From: Candidatus Omnitrophota bacterium
GTDB lineage: Bacteria; Omnitrophota; Gorgyraeia; JABMRG01
Direction: 5' to 3'
NCBI GenBank assembly: GCA_028716165.1
Contig: JAQUQI010000003.1
Location: 55,966-119,965, forward strand
Length of the DNA stretch: 64,000 bases
In this document: positions 10,115 through 20,931 of the stretch, one piece after another
How positions within the stretch are numbered: position 1 is the stretch's first letter
How the letters are laid out: each line of letters opens with the position of its first letter
Notes under the pieces: generated by a model
The model's database searches: none
Told to the model about the DNA's origin: nothing
Seen by the model: only the letters and a program-made list of their open reading frames with translations
Program-made: the position numbers and the translations under genes

Positions 10115-10591
10115 ATGAAACACGTAATATCGGTTTTAGTGGAGAATAAATTCGGCGTGCTTGCCCGCGTGGCGGGACTTTTCAGCGCCCGGGGTTTTAA
10201 CATAAACTCGCTTGCCGTAGGCGAAACGGAAGATCCCAGCGTTTCAAGGATGACGATAGTTGTCAAGGGAGATGACAAAATACTGGATCAGGTCAAGAAG
10301 CAGTTGAATAAGCTGATTGATGTTATCCGTGTCAAAGACTATCTGCGGAAAGAACATATTGATAAAGAGCTTGTAATATTCAAGATTGGCGTGGAAAGGA
10401 AGGCCCGGCCCGCGGTGTTAGGACTGATAAGGAAATCCTCGGCCGATGTCGTTAAATCAGCATCTGATATTATTACTATTGAAATAACGGGTACCCAGGA
10501 CGAGATAGATAAATTATTGTGCGCGATTAGAAACAAAGGCTGTAAGATAAAAGAGATGGTGCGCTCCGGCAGGATAGCAATGGAGCTTTGA
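10115..10591 (+). CDS. ilvN: acetolactate synthase small (regulatory) subunit
   Basis: 158 aa ACT-domain protein ([26 protein letters not shown]) directly after ilvB. Confidence 0.85.
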   Translation: MKHVISVLVENKFGVLARVAGLFSARGFNINSLAVGETEDPSVSRMTIVVKGDDKILDQVKKQLNKLIDVIRVKDYLRKEHIDKELVIFKIGVERKARPAVLGLIRKSSADVVKSASDIITIEITGTQDEIDKLLCAIRNKGCKIKEMVRSGRIAMEL

Positions 10592-10628
10592 TCATAAGTT
10601 AAAGACAAAATTAAGGAGGGAAAATAGC

Positions 10629-11618
10629 ATGGCAAAGATATATTATGACAAGGATGCGGACATTGATATACTAAAGAAGAAGAAGGTCGCTATAATCGGT
10701 TATGGTATACAGGGCAGAGGGCAGAGCTTGAATCTAAGAGACAGCGGCATAGATGTTATCATATCCGAGCTTGAGAATACGCCTAATTATGAACAGGCTG
10801 TAAAGGACGGTTTTAAGCCTGTTAAGGTTAATGAAGCGGCCAAGAAGGCGGATGTTATACAGATACTGACCCAGGACCATGTCCAGGCGGCCGTATATAA
10901 GGAATCCATAGCATCAAATCTTGAGCCGGGCAATGCCCTTGTTTTTTCACACGGCTTTAACATTCATTTTAAGCAGATAGTGCCTCCGAGCGACGTAGAC
11001 GTGTTTATGATCGCGCCTAAAGGGCCTGGTGCTTTAGTGCGCAGGATGTATGAAGAAGGTAAAGGTGTTCCCTGCCTTGTTGCCATATATCAGGATACGA
11101 CAGGCAGGGCCTTGAAATTAGCGCTTTCATATGCCAAGGCTATAGGCGGCGCGCGCGCGGGAGTGATAGAAACAACTTTTGCCGAGGAGACAGAAACCGA
11201 TCTTTTCGGGGAGCAGACAGTGCTTTGCGGAGGCGTGTCGGAACTGGTAAAAGCGGGTTTTGATACTCTTGTTCAGGCCGGTTATCAGCCTGAAATAGCT
11301 TACTTTGAATGCCTGCATGAACTCAAGCTTATAACAGACCTTATTTATCAGTATGGTATACAAGGCATGAGAAGCAGGGTGTCAGATACTGCCGAATATG
11401 GTGATTATACGCGGGGCCCGCGCATAGTTAACAAAAATACCCGTAAGGAAATGCAGGTTATATTAGAAGAGATAAAATCAGGAAAATTTGCCAAGGAATG
11501 GATAGATGAAAACAAAAAGGGCAGGCCTGATTTTAATAAAATGAAAGCCGCGGGCGCCGGCCACAAGATAGAAGAGGTCGGCAAAAACCTGCGTTCTCTT
11601 ATGCCCTGGATGGAATAA
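10629..11618 (+). CDS. ilvC: ketol-acid reductoisomerase
   Basis: N-terminal Rossmann motif ([15 protein letters not shown]) and KARI C-terminal domain; 329 aa class I form. Confidence 0.95.
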   Translation: MAKIYYDKDADIDILKKKKVAIIGYGIQGRGQSLNLRDSGIDVIISELENTPNYEQAVKDGFKPVKVNEAAKKADVIQILTQDHVQAAVYKESIASNLEPGNALVFSHGFNIHFKQIVPPSDVDVFMIAPKGPGALVRRMYEEGKGVPCLVAIYQDTTGRALKLALSYAKAIGGARAGVIETTFAEETETDLFGEQTVLCGGVSELVKAGFDTLVQAGYQPEIAYFECLHELKLITDLIYQYGIQGMRSRVSDTAEYGDYTRGPRIVNKNTRKEMQVILEEIKSGKFAKEWIDENKKGRPDFNKMKAAGAGHKIEEVGKNLRSLMPWME

Positions 11619-11663
11619 TATAATTAAAACGGCCGGGCAGGCCGGAAAAAGAAAGAAAATCCA

Positions 11664-13196
11664 ATGGGAAAACGTATAATAATACACGATACCACATTAA
11701 GAGACGGAGAACAATCGCCCGGCGCCAGCCTTCAGAAGAATGAAAAGCTTGAGATAGCCTTTGGGCTGCAGCGGCTCGGCGTTGATATCATAGAGGCGGG
11801 TTTTCCTATTGCCTCCCCGGATGATTTGGAAGCCGTTAAGCTTGTAAGCAAAAAGATCAAAAATTGCGGCGTATGCGCTCTTGCCCGGGCGCTTAAGAAA
11901 GACATTGACGCGGCTTTTGAGGCCATAAGGCCCGCGAAAGCCGGGCGTATTCACGTCTTTCTGGCTACCAGCAAGATCCATATGCAGTATAAGCTCAAAA
12001 AAGCCGAAGACGAGATATTGAAGCAGGCGGTGTCGGCCGTTAGGTATGCTTCAGGCTATGTCCGCGATGTGCAATTTTCACCCGAAGATGCTTCGCGCAC
12101 CGAGGCTGATTTCCTGTTCAGAGTAATAGAGGCGGTAATAGACGCCGGAGCCAGGACTGTCAATATTCCGGATACGGTCGGTTATTCAATCCCTGATGAG
12201 TATGGCCAGCTTATATATAATATAGCAAGAAGGGTAAGGAACATCAATAAGGCGGTAATAAGCGTGCATTGCCATAATGATCTGGGATTGGGTGTTGCCA
12301 ATTCCTTATCAGCGGTTAAAAACGGCGCCAGGCAGGTTGAGTGTACCGTAAACGGAATAGGCGAACGCGCCGGTAACGCTTCGCTTGAAGAGATAGTAAT
12401 GGCAATGAGAACGCGCAGGGATTTTTTTCGCGCTACGACAGGCATAAAGACGAGGTATCTGTATGAGACATCGCGCATGGTAAGCAGGCTTACGGGTATA
12501 ATCGTTCAGCCAAACAAGGCCATAATAGGTTCAAACGCCTTTGCGCATGAGGCAGGCATACATCAGGACGGGATACTTAAAAAAAGATGCACCTATGAAA
12601 TCATGCGGCCAAAAGACATAGGTTTTGGAGAAACCAAACTTGTCCTTGGCAAACATTCCGGTAAGCACGCCCTTTCGGCAAGGCTGAAGAAGATGGGTTT
12701 TGATCTCAAGGGGGCTAAGCTGGAAAAGGCTTTTTACAGGTTCAAAGCGCTTGCCGATAAAAAGAAAAACATATACGATGAGGACCTGAAGGCCATTATG
12801 GAATACGAGATGTTATCGGCAGATGAGGTTTTTAAGCTGGCGTATTTTTACGTAGAAGGCGGAACCAGGCGTATGCCCAAATCAACAGTTTGTCTTGAGT
12901 ATAAAAGCAAGCGGTACAAGGCGGACGCTTCAGGGGACGGCCCTGTAGACGCGTGTTATAAGGCCGTTGATCTTATAACCGGCCTTAAGGGCAGGCTCAT
13001 TGATTATAACATACGTTCTGCCACAAGTGGTAAGGACGCTCTTGGAGAGGCCTCCATAAAAGTTTCTGTCAAAGATATGGTTGTTACGGGCAGGGGCACA
13101 TCCACTGATGTTGTTGAGGCAAGCGTGAAAGCGTATCTTAACGCCATGGATAAGATACCATGGGCACACCCAAGCAGGCTTAAAGACTGCCGGTAA
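11664..13196 (+). CDS. leuA: 2-isopropylmalate synthase (long form with C-terminal regulatory domain)
   Basis: HMGL-like TIM barrel (TLRDGEQSPG, HCHNDLGLGVAN) plus a roughly 130-aa LeuA dimerisation/regulatory C-terminal domain; 510 aa. Confidence 0.9.
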   Translation: MGKRIIIHDTTLRDGEQSPGASLQKNEKLEIAFGLQRLGVDIIEAGFPIASPDDLEAVKLVSKKIKNCGVCALARALKKDIDAAFEAIRPAKAGRIHVFLATSKIHMQYKLKKAEDEILKQAVSAVRYASGYVRDVQFSPEDASRTEADFLFRVIEAVIDAGARTVNIPDTVGYSIPDEYGQLIYNIARRVRNINKAVISVHCHNDLGLGVANSLSAVKNGARQVECTVNGIGERAGNASLEEIVMAMRTRRDFFRATTGIKTRYLYETSRMVSRLTGIIVQPNKAIIGSNAFAHEAGIHQDGILKKRCTYEIMRPKDIGFGETKLVLGKHSGKHALSARLKKMGFDLKGAKLEKAFYRFKALADKKKNIYDEDLKAIMEYEMLSADEVFKLAYFYVEGGTRRMPKSTVCLEYKSKRYKADASGDGPVDACYKAVDLITGLKGRLIDYNIRSATSGKDALGEASIKVSVKDMVVTGRGTSTDVVEASVKAYLNAMDKIPWAHPSRLKDCR

Positions 13197-13220
13197 AACC
13201 TGTAACATATAATCTTTCAT

Positions 13221-14075
13221 ATGCCAAAAAGATTTTCTCACAAGCTCTATGGAATAATAGGAAACCCCGTAGAGCATAGTCTATCTCCGTATATGCATAA
13301 TGCCGCTTTTGCGAAACTGAAGATAGACGCCGCATACCTGCCGTTTCTGGTGCAAAAACAAAAGTTAAAATCCGCTATCGCCGCCTTAAAGAGGATGGAC
13401 ATATCGGGGTTTAATGTCACACTGCCTTTTAAATCCGAATGCATGAGTTATCTTGACAGGATAGACACGCTTGCCAAGGCTATAGGCGCTGTTAACACGG
13501 TCATTAACAAAAACGGAAAGCTGATAGGTTATAATACCGATTGCGGCGGTTTTATCAAAAGCCTTAGAGAAGACCTTGGCATTTCTCCGTCGGGTTGCCG
13601 CGTTTTCCTGGCAGGCTCGGGCGGCGTTGCCCGATCTGTCGCCTTCGGCCTTGCGCGATCTTGGGCTAAGCAAATTATTGTCTGTGATATTATCAAGCCA
13701 AAGGCTATGGCATTGGCCAGGGATATCAGGCAAAATTTTCCCGGGATAGATATTATATTTTCCGCTCAAAAAGACGCGCCTTTTTTTATCAGAGACTGCT
13801 CTTTGTTTGTCAATTGCACCCCTCTTGGAATGCATGATAATGATCCTCTGCCGCTTGACGCAGGCGCCTTGCATAGTAAGCTTAAGGTATATGACGTAGT
13901 CTATACCCCGTTAAGAACAAGGCTTATAAAATTGTGCCAGGCCAAGTCTATACAATCTTCAAGCGGTATTAATATGCTGGTTTATCAAGGCGTACTGGCA
14001 TTTGAATTGTGGACAGGGCAAAAGGCGCCCGTTTCTTTAATGAAAAAAGAGTTATTGGCCAGGTTGGGCAAATGA
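13221..14075 (+). CDS. aroE: shikimate dehydrogenase
   Basis: N-terminal shikimate-binding domain (GNPVEHSLSPYMHNAAF) and NADP Rossmann motif (LAGSGGVARSVAFGL). Confidence 0.85.
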   Translation: MPKRFSHKLYGIIGNPVEHSLSPYMHNAAFAKLKIDAAYLPFLVQKQKLKSAIAALKRMDISGFNVTLPFKSECMSYLDRIDTLAKAIGAVNTVINKNGKLIGYNTDCGGFIKSLREDLGISPSGCRVFLAGSGGVARSVAFGLARSWAKQIIVCDIIKPKAMALARDIRQNFPGIDIIFSAQKDAPFFIRDCSLFVNCTPLGMHDNDPLPLDAGALHSKLKVYDVVYTPLRTRLIKLCQAKSIQSSSGINMLVYQGVLAFELWTGQKAPVSLMKKELLARLGK

Positions 14076-14869
14076 TATTAATCGCGGCTGTTTTAGGATT
14101 GATGGCAGGAAGTTTTTTGAACGTGTGCATTCACAGAATGCCATTAGGCGAATCGGTCATCGCGCCGCGTTCGCATTGCGTCAAATGCCATCATGCTATA
14201 GCGTGGTATGACAATATTCCGCTTATTAGTTTTATTGTACTCGGCGGTAAATGCCGTTTTTGCGCGGGCCGCATATCATTGAAATATCCTATCGTAGAGT
14301 TATTGACATCAGCTGTTTTCGCTTTATTGGCCAAATATCTCGGCGTAAATACCACAACCGCCGTTTATATGCTTTTATCCTGCGCCCTGATATTATCGGC
14401 ATTCATTGACATGCAATATCAGATAATACCTGATGAGATAACGTATGCCGGAATGATTTTGGGGCCTGTTTTAAGCTTTGCCCTGCCCGGTTTTCATTCA
14501 ACCGCGAACAGGTTCAACGCTTTATTAAACTCGTTAACAGGGATCGCGCTGGGCGGGCTTTTGATATATGCCATAGCCGTGCTCGGAACAATTTTATTTA
14601 AAAAAAAGCTAAAGGCCATAGGAGAAGAGTATGCCATGGGCGGCGGGGATATTAAATTTCTTGCCATGATAGGCGCTTTCCTTGGATGGAAAGGCGTTAT
14701 TATCGTATTTTTCTTAGCCCCTTTTTTCGGGTCTGTTATTGGTATAATTGAAAAGCTGCGCAAGAAGGCGGATATAATACCGTATGGCCCTTATCTGTCG
14801 CTGGCGGCCTTTATTGTTATGTTATGGGGTGAAAGGATAGAAAGGTTTTTATTTCCGTATAATTTTTAA
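14072..14869 (+). CDS. pilD: prepilin peptidase (A24 family, type IV pilin leader peptidase / N-methyltransferase)
   Basis: N-terminal tetra-Cys zinc motif (CxxC...CxxC: HCVKCHH, CRFCAG) and a polytopic membrane core with conserved Asp residues (FIDMQYQIIPDE, GGGDIKFLAMIG); ATG at 14072 overlaps the aroE stop. Confidence 0.85.
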   Translation: MILIAAVLGLMAGSFLNVCIHRMPLGESVIAPRSHCVKCHHAIAWYDNIPLISFIVLGGKCRFCAGRISLKYPIVELLTSAVFALLAKYLGVNTTTAVYMLLSCALILSAFIDMQYQIIPDEITYAGMILGPVLSFALPGFHSTANRFNALLNSLTGIALGGLLIYAIAVLGTILFKKKLKAIGEEYAMGGGDIKFLAMIGAFLGWKGVIIVFFLAPFFGSVIGIIEKLRKKADIIPYGPYLSLAAFIVMLWGERIERFLFPYNF

Positions 14870-14956
14870 AATACGGGATATGCAAAACTTTTTTGACGTA
14901 AAGATATTTTTTAGATAACAGGTATCGTCAGGCTTGTGGATTTTAAATAGGAAGCA

Positions 14957-16111
14957 TTGGAGGAAGATATGTTGAGATATATGACAGCAGGAGAGTCACA
15001 CGGTAAGGCTTTGATAGCCGTTTTAGAAGGTATACCCGCCAAACTAAGATTGAACCCCGATATAATTAATAATGAGCTTAAACGCCGCCAGCTTGGCCCG
15101 GGCAGGGGCGATAGAATGAAAATAGAATCGGACAGGGTTGAAATATTGTCCGGGATAAGAAAAGGTTTTACTATTGGCAGTCCTATTGCTTTGCTTATAA
15201 TGAATAAAGATTTTAAGATAGATACCCTGCCTCCTGTAAACTATCCCAGGCCCGGGCACGCGGACTTAGCAGGCATGATCAAATACGGCTTAGATGATGC
15301 AAGAGATATACTTGAGCGGGCAAGCGCCAGAGAAACGTCGGCAAGGACAGCGGCAGGCGCTGTGTGCAGGGCTTTTCTCAGGGAATTGGGAATTGATGTT
15401 TTTAGCCACATAAAGTCTCTTGCTGATGTAGAAGCCGACACAGAAGGCATGGATTTGGCTCTGATAAGAAAAAAGGCGTCCGCCTCATCGCTTAACTGCG
15501 CTGACAAGGCTTCGGAGGCGCTTATGCTTGAGAGGATTTCCCGCGCCAAGGCCTGCGGAGACACACTTGGGGGGTGCTTTGAAGTAATAGCATTAAACGT
15601 CATGCCGGGGCTGGGAAGCCACGTTCATTACGATAGAAAGCTTGACGCGGCTATAGCTTTTGAACTTATGTCTATTCAGGCTATCAAAGGCGTTGAGATC
15701 GGGGCCGGTTTTAACGGGGCAGCCTTGCCGGGTTCATGTTTTCATGATGCGATCGGACTGGCCCGCGGCGGGGCCATACTCCGGAATACAAATAATGCCG
15801 GCGGTATTGAAGGCGGCATTAGTAACGGGGAGCCGATAAGGGTAAGCTGTGCCATGAAGCCTATAGCCACCCTTATAAACGCTTTATCTTCGGTAAATAT
15901 GAAAACAGGAAAACCGGGCAAGGCGGATATCCAGCGTTCCGATGTCTGCGCTTTGCCTGCCGCCTCGGTTATCGCGGAAAACGTAATGTGTTTTGTCATC
16001 GCGCGCGCTGTGTTGGAAAAATTAGGCGGGGATTCAATGGATGAGATCAGGCAAAGATTTGCCTGCCAGGCCAAATCGTGTTTTGCGGTAAAATCCCGGA
16101 AACGAAAATGA
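14957..16111 (+). CDS. aroC: chorismate synthase
   Basis: AroC signatures (GESHGKAL, RPGHADLAG, SARETSART). Confidence 0.9.
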   Translation: MEEDMLRYMTAGESHGKALIAVLEGIPAKLRLNPDIINNELKRRQLGPGRGDRMKIESDRVEILSGIRKGFTIGSPIALLIMNKDFKIDTLPPVNYPRPGHADLAGMIKYGLDDARDILERASARETSARTAAGAVCRAFLRELGIDVFSHIKSLADVEADTEGMDLALIRKKASASSLNCADKASEALMLERISRAKACGDTLGGCFEVIALNVMPGLGSHVHYDRKLDAAIAFELMSIQAIKGVEIGAGFNGAALPGSCFHDAIGLARGGAILRNTNNAGGIEGGISNGEPIRVSCAMKPIATLINALSSVNMKTGKPGKADIQRSDVCALPAASVIAENVMCFVIARAVLEKLGGDSMDEIRQRFACQAKSCFAVKSRKRK

Positions 16112-16611
16112 AGAATATAGTGCTTGTCGGATTTATGGGAACAGGCAAGACCTTAACAGGAAAACTTCTGGCTGGCAGGCTGAATAGAAAACGTATTTCA
16201 CTTGATGAGATGATAGAAAAAAAAGCCGGGCAGGCCATATCCGATATCTTTAGCCGGCATGGCGAAGAGTATTTCAGGCGCCTTGAGAAAGATATTGTAA
16301 ATTCCTTGCCTGTTAATAAAAGCATGATTATTGATGCCGGAGGAGGGGTTGTTATTGACGAAGATAATGTCAAAAGGCTTAAACAAGGCGGCGTGATTAT
16401 ATGCCTTAAGGCCAGGCCCGAAGTAATATACGAAAGGACGAAGTCCGGGAATTCAAGGCCCCTGCTCAATACCCCTGACCCTGTTAAGAGCATAAAAGAA
16501 CTGCTTGCGGCCAGGGCCAGTTTTTACGACAGGGCCGATTACTCAATTGATACTTCAGATCTTACTCCTGATGAGGTTGTTAATGAAATACTCAATGTAT
16601 TAAAAATATAA
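16108..16611 (+). CDS. aroK: shikimate kinase
   Basis: Walker A motif GFMGTGKT and shikimate kinase lid region; ATG at 16108 overlaps the aroC stop (ATGA). Confidence 0.85.
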   Translation: MKNIVLVGFMGTGKTLTGKLLAGRLNRKRISLDEMIEKKAGQAISDIFSRHGEEYFRRLEKDIVNSLPVNKSMIIDAGGGVVIDEDNVKRLKQGGVIICLKARPEVIYERTKSGNSRPLLNTPDPVKSIKELLAARASFYDRADYSIDTSDLTPDEVVNEILNVLKI

Positions 16612-16618
16612 TACGCTC

Positions 16619-17764
16619 ATGGACAATTTCAAAAAAGACCTTATACTATTAAATATGGTAAAAGACCTCGGGTGTATCAGGCTGAAATCATTGCTGGAGG
16701 CATTCAGGGAACCGGGGGCGGTATTAAGGGCTTCTTTTGACCAGCTTATAAGCGTGGGGGGTATCGGGCCTGCTGTTGCCAGAGGCATAATGAGCGCGCG
16801 TTCTCAATATGACGCGGGCTCGGAAATAGAGCTGGCAAAACGGTCCGGAGTTGATATAATCGCCTTAAGCGACAGCAATTATCCGAAAAATCTGAAAAAT
16901 ATTTATGACCCTCCTGTTATATTGTATGTCAAGGGGGACATCAGTGATCGCGATGAGGTGTCCGTGGCAATAGTCGGTTCAAGGAGATGCACGTGTTATG
17001 GCATGAACATGGCCGATAAAATAACCCAGGTGCTTGCCGGCAAAAAAGTGACAATTGTTTCAGGGCTTGCCAGAGGCATAGACACAGCGGCCCATAAAGC
17101 TGCTTTGAAAGCCCGCGGCAGGACATTGGCGGTTCTTGGCAGCGGGCTTGGCAGGATATATCCGGCCCAGAATACCGGACTATCGCAAAATATCGCGGAC
17201 AATGGGGCGCTCGTTTCCGAATTCCCTATGGCAATGCCCCCTTATAAACAGAATTTTCCGCGCAGGAACAGATTGATAAGCGGCCTGTCCAGGGCTGTGG
17301 TTGTCATTGAGGCAGGCGCGAAAAGCGGGGCTTTGATAACAGCGGATTTTGCTCTTGAGCAAGGCAGGGATGTATTTGCCGTGCCGGGCATGGCGGATGG
17401 ATTTTCATCAAGAGGCAGTAATGCCCTTATCAAGCAAGGGGCTAAACTTGTTGACACGGCCGACGATATATTAGAAGAGCTTGATATCAATGCTTCGGGA
17501 ATTGATTTCTCCGACGGAGAAAAAACCACAAATGATACGGAAGGGCTTGACGGTTTGGAAAAAAAGATATATTCGTCAATTCCGCAACAGCCCTGTTATA
17601 TTGATGATATAGCGCAATTTTCCGGAATAAGCCAGCCCATGGCACGGTCTGCCCTGCTCCATTTGCAGATTAAGGGGCTTGTCAAAAGCCTTCCGGGCGG
17701 ATTTTTTGAAAAGATGCCGATGACCTGCCCTGATAAAGGGCCTGTGAAAGATAAAATGATGTAA
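16619..17764 (+). CDS. dprA: DNA processing protein DprA (Smf)
   Basis: Rossmann-like DprA core (AIVGSRRCTCYG...VSGLARGIDTAAH...RNRLISGLS) with an N-terminal HhH/SAM region and a C-terminal winged-helix-like tail. Confidence 0.85.
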   Translation: MDNFKKDLILLNMVKDLGCIRLKSLLEAFREPGAVLRASFDQLISVGGIGPAVARGIMSARSQYDAGSEIELAKRSGVDIIALSDSNYPKNLKNIYDPPVILYVKGDISDRDEVSVAIVGSRRCTCYGMNMADKITQVLAGKKVTIVSGLARGIDTAAHKAALKARGRTLAVLGSGLGRIYPAQNTGLSQNIADNGALVSEFPMAMPPYKQNFPRRNRLISGLSRAVVVIEAGAKSGALITADFALEQGRDVFAVPGMADGFSSRGSNALIKQGAKLVDTADDILEELDINASGIDFSDGEKTTNDTEGLDGLEKKIYSSIPQQPCYIDDIAQFSGISQPMARSALLHLQIKGLVKSLPGGFFEKMPMTCPDKGPVKDKMM

Positions 17765-17834
17765 TGAATGCGTAAGGCGGCGCGTGTCGGATACTTTTGT
17801 ACCGATTAAAACTAACGAGTCAATATAAGGATAA

Positions 17835-19982
17835 GTGATGAAAAAAGCGCTTGTAATTGTAGAGTCACCGGCAAAATCAAAAACCCTGGCCAAATTTTTA
17901 GGGGATAAATATGATATAGAGCCGTCCATGGGCCACGTCATAGACCTGCCTTCAAATGGCATGGGCGTTGATGTCAAAGATAATTTTAAGCCAAAATATG
18001 TTGTATTGCCCGCGAGAAAAAAGCTCATGCAGGATTTGAAGGCGAAAGCCAAGGGTAAAGACATTATTTACCTTGCCACAGACCCTGACCGGGAAGGTGA
18101 GGCAATAAGCTGGCATCTGGAACGGGAACTGGTATCCAAAGGACAGAAGTCATTGCGAGTTGAATTCCATGAAATCACAAAACCTGCCATAGAACATGCT
18201 TTTCAAAACCCCCGCGATATAGATATAAATAAGGTCAATGCCCAGCAGGCGCGCAGGGTCCTTGACAGAGTAGTTGGTTATAACCTGTCGCCTTTATTAT
18301 GGGAAAAAGTCGGCCGTGGATTAAGCGCGGGAAGGGTCCAGTCCGTGGCCTTGCGGCTCATAGTTGAGAGAGAGGCCCTTATCAACGCTTTTAAGGCCGA
18401 AGAGTATTGGGAGCTTGAGGCAGAGCTTAAAAAACAGTCTGCTGAAAATAACATTAGCTTTAACGCCAAGCTGGCCAGCTATGACGGTAAAAAACCCGGC
18501 GTAAAAGACAAACAGGCCGCGGACAGTATTGTGTCAGGGCTTTTGAAAAGTGTTTTCAGGGTAGGCGAATTGAAAGAACAAAAAAAGACAAGAAAACCTC
18601 TGCCGCCGTATACTACAAGCACCTTGCAGCAGGATGCCTTTAATAAGTTTCGTTATTCAGCCAGCAAGACTATGCGTATCGCCCAGCAATTATATGAAGG
18701 CCTTGAACTTGAAAAGGGGGACGCGACAGGCCTTATAACGTATATGAGGACAGACTCGCTTAATATTTCTCAAGAAGCCAGCCAGCAGGCCGCCGAGTAT
18801 ATTAAGAGCCGTTTCGGAAAAGATTATTTGCCCAAGCATTACGTTCATTTTAAAAAATCAGGCCAAAAAACCCAGGATGCGCATGAGGCCATACGCCCTA
18901 CCTCTATAGCCATGTCCCCTGACCTTGTGAGAAAATTTCTGAACCAGGAACAGAACAAGGTCTATGAGATGATTTGGAAAAGATTTTTACAGAGCCAGAT
19001 GCCCTCCGCCATATTCAATGTGCGCACTGTTGACGTTTGCGCTGTAGACAGCGTTAACGGCAAGGAATGTATTTTCAGATCGTCTTTTAGCAGTATAGTT
19101 TTTGACGGTTTTTTGAAACTTGACGAGGCCCATAAGGACCCGTCCATTTACAATGCGCCTTTATCCAAAGGAGAAATCCTTGAACTGATAAATTTAATAC
19201 CTTCCCAGCATTTTACAAAACCCCCTGCCCGCTATTCAGACGCCTCTCTTGTAAAAGAACTGGAAGAAAAAGGTATCGGAAGGCCGAGTACTTATGCCCC
19301 GACTATTCAGACCATAGTTGACCGGCATTATGTTGAGAGGAAGGCCGGTTATTTTTATCCAACAGAGGTAGGCACTGTTGTCACAGGCCTTCTTGTCAAA
19401 CATTTTCCCGATATCTTGAATGTGAGCTTTACGGCCTATATGGAAGAACAATTAGACAAGGTTGAGGCGGGCTTAACGGACTGGGTAAAGATCATATCTG
19501 ATTTTTACACGCCTTTTGAAAAAGACCTCTCTCTTGCCCAGTCCGGCATGAAAGACATGAAAAAAGAAAAAATAGTCACAGAATACAAATGCCGGCTCTG
19601 CGGCAAGCCCATGATATTCCGCTGGTCAAGAAGAGGGGCTTTTCTCGGATGCTCGGGATTCCCGCGGTGCAAATATTCCATGCCCGCTAAAAAGACAGAC
19701 GATGGCAAAATAGAGCTGGTAACTGTTGAGACCGTTGACCGGGTTTGCGACAAATGCGGCAAGCCTATGATGGTAAAACACTACAATAAAGGCAGGTTTT
19801 TGAGTTGTTCGGATTATCCTGCCTGCCGGAACACAAAGCCGTATCCTACAGGCGTTAAGTGCCCCAAGCAGGGCTGTGATGGAGAGCTTGTTGAGCGTTT
19901 TTCAAGGCGAGGGCCGTTTTACGGTTGCTCTAAATATCCTGATTGCACTTATACTGGCAGGAAACTGCCTAAAGAGGAATGA
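17835..19982 (+). CDS. topA: DNA topoisomerase I
   Basis: TOPRIM domain (ALVIVESPAKSKT), catalytic Tyr region (GLITYMRTDS) and three C-terminal C4 zinc ribbons (CRLCGKP...CSGFPRC; CDKCGKP...CSDYPAC; CPKQGCDG...CSKYPDC). Confidence 0.95.
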   Translation: MMKKALVIVESPAKSKTLAKFLGDKYDIEPSMGHVIDLPSNGMGVDVKDNFKPKYVVLPARKKLMQDLKAKAKGKDIIYLATDPDREGEAISWHLERELVSKGQKSLRVEFHEITKPAIEHAFQNPRDIDINKVNAQQARRVLDRVVGYNLSPLLWEKVGRGLSAGRVQSVALRLIVEREALINAFKAEEYWELEAELKKQSAENNISFNAKLASYDGKKPGVKDKQAADSIVSGLLKSVFRVGELKEQKKTRKPLPPYTTSTLQQDAFNKFRYSASKTMRIAQQLYEGLELEKGDATGLITYMRTDSLNISQEASQQAAEYIKSRFGKDYLPKHYVHFKKSGQKTQDAHEAIRPTSIAMSPDLVRKFLNQEQNKVYEMIWKRFLQSQMPSAIFNVRTVDVCAVDSVNGKECIFRSSFSSIVFDGFLKLDEAHKDPSIYNAPLSKGEILELINLIPSQHFTKPPARYSDASLVKELEEKGIGRPSTYAPTIQTIVDRHYVERKAGYFYPTEVGTVVTGLLVKHFPDILNVSFTAYMEEQLDKVEAGLTDWVKIISDFYTPFEKDLSLAQSGMKDMKKEKIVTEYKCRLCGKPMIFRWSRRGAFLGCSGFPRCKYSMPAKKTDDGKIELVTVETVDRVCDKCGKPMMVKHYNKGRFLSCSDYPACRNTKPYPTGVKCPKQGCDGELVERFSRRGPFYGCSKYPDCTYTGRKLPKEE

Positions 19983-19991
19983 CCCGGCTTC

Positions 19992-20867
19992 ATGCAGAGA
20001 TATATTGATAAATTTTTAAGGTATCTTGATATAGAACGGGAGGCGTCAAGGCACACGATTTTAAATTACCGTTTAGACCTTGACAGGTTCAGGAGATTTA
20101 TAAACGGTAGGCGTGTTGACAGCGTTGACTATATTACAGTCAGGCAATTTCTCGCGCAGTTGAAGAATGAAAATATATCCAAGGCGTCAATAGCCAGGGT
20201 ATTATCCGCTTTAAGAAGTTTTTTCAAGTTTCTTGTCAGAGAAAATCTTATCGGCACAAACCCCGTTTCAGGCATATCAACGCCTAAAAAAGATAAAAAA
20301 CTCCCGGACTTTATGCAGGAAAATGAGGTAGCCGAATTGCTTGACAGCCGCGTTATAAAAGGCGGCGTGAATGAGCTAAGAGACAAGGCTATACTGGAGA
20401 CATTATACAGCACAGGTGTCAGGGTATCGGAGCTCGTTGGCATGGATACCGATAAGTGCGACCTGATAGGCGGGGTTATCAGAGTTTATGGCAAAGGCAA
20501 AAAGGAAAGGATAGTGCCCATCGGCGAAAAGGCATCAGCTGTTATAAAGGTTTACTTGAAAGTGTCAAGCGGACTGCGCAGGCCCAATAGCAGAGCTTTA
20601 TTTTTAAACTCCAGAGGCACGCGCCTGACCGACAGGTCTGTCAGGCGGATAATAAACCGTTGCGTAAAAAATACAAGCCTGAAGAATAAGATATCGCCCC
20701 ACACCCTAAGGCATTCTTTCGCGACGCATCTTATGAATAGGGGGGCCGACCTAAGGTCTGTCCAGGAACTCTTAGGCCATGCCAGCCTGTCTACCACACA
20801 GATATACACGCACGTAAGTACGGAGAGGATGAAAGAGGCCTATAGAAAGGCGCATCCCAGGGCTTAG
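19992..20867 (+). CDS. xerC: tyrosine site-specific recombinase XerC/XerD family
   Basis: Same family as the 1806..2696 product (catalytic RHSFATHL...LGHASLSTTQIYTH); second copy downstream of dprA-topA; XerC versus XerD assignment is tentative. Confidence 0.75.
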   Translation: MQRYIDKFLRYLDIEREASRHTILNYRLDLDRFRRFINGRRVDSVDYITVRQFLAQLKNENISKASIARVLSALRSFFKFLVRENLIGTNPVSGISTPKKDKKLPDFMQENEVAELLDSRVIKGGVNELRDKAILETLYSTGVRVSELVGMDTDKCDLIGGVIRVYGKGKKERIVPIGEKASAVIKVYLKVSSGLRRPNSRALFLNSRGTRLTDRSVRRIINRCVKNTSLKNKISPHTLRHSFATHLMNRGADLRSVQELLGHASLSTTQIYTHVSTERMKEAYRKAHPRA

Positions 20868-20931
20868 CCGCAAGCCTTGCCGGGCGCTCTTTCTCTTGGC
20901 TTGTATTAGTCTGTCTGCGTAAGGATTTTTT

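Noticed and set aside
9596-10123. 175-aa minus-strand ORF
   Set aside because: Antisense to ilvB, whose + frame carries clear TPP-enzyme motifs.
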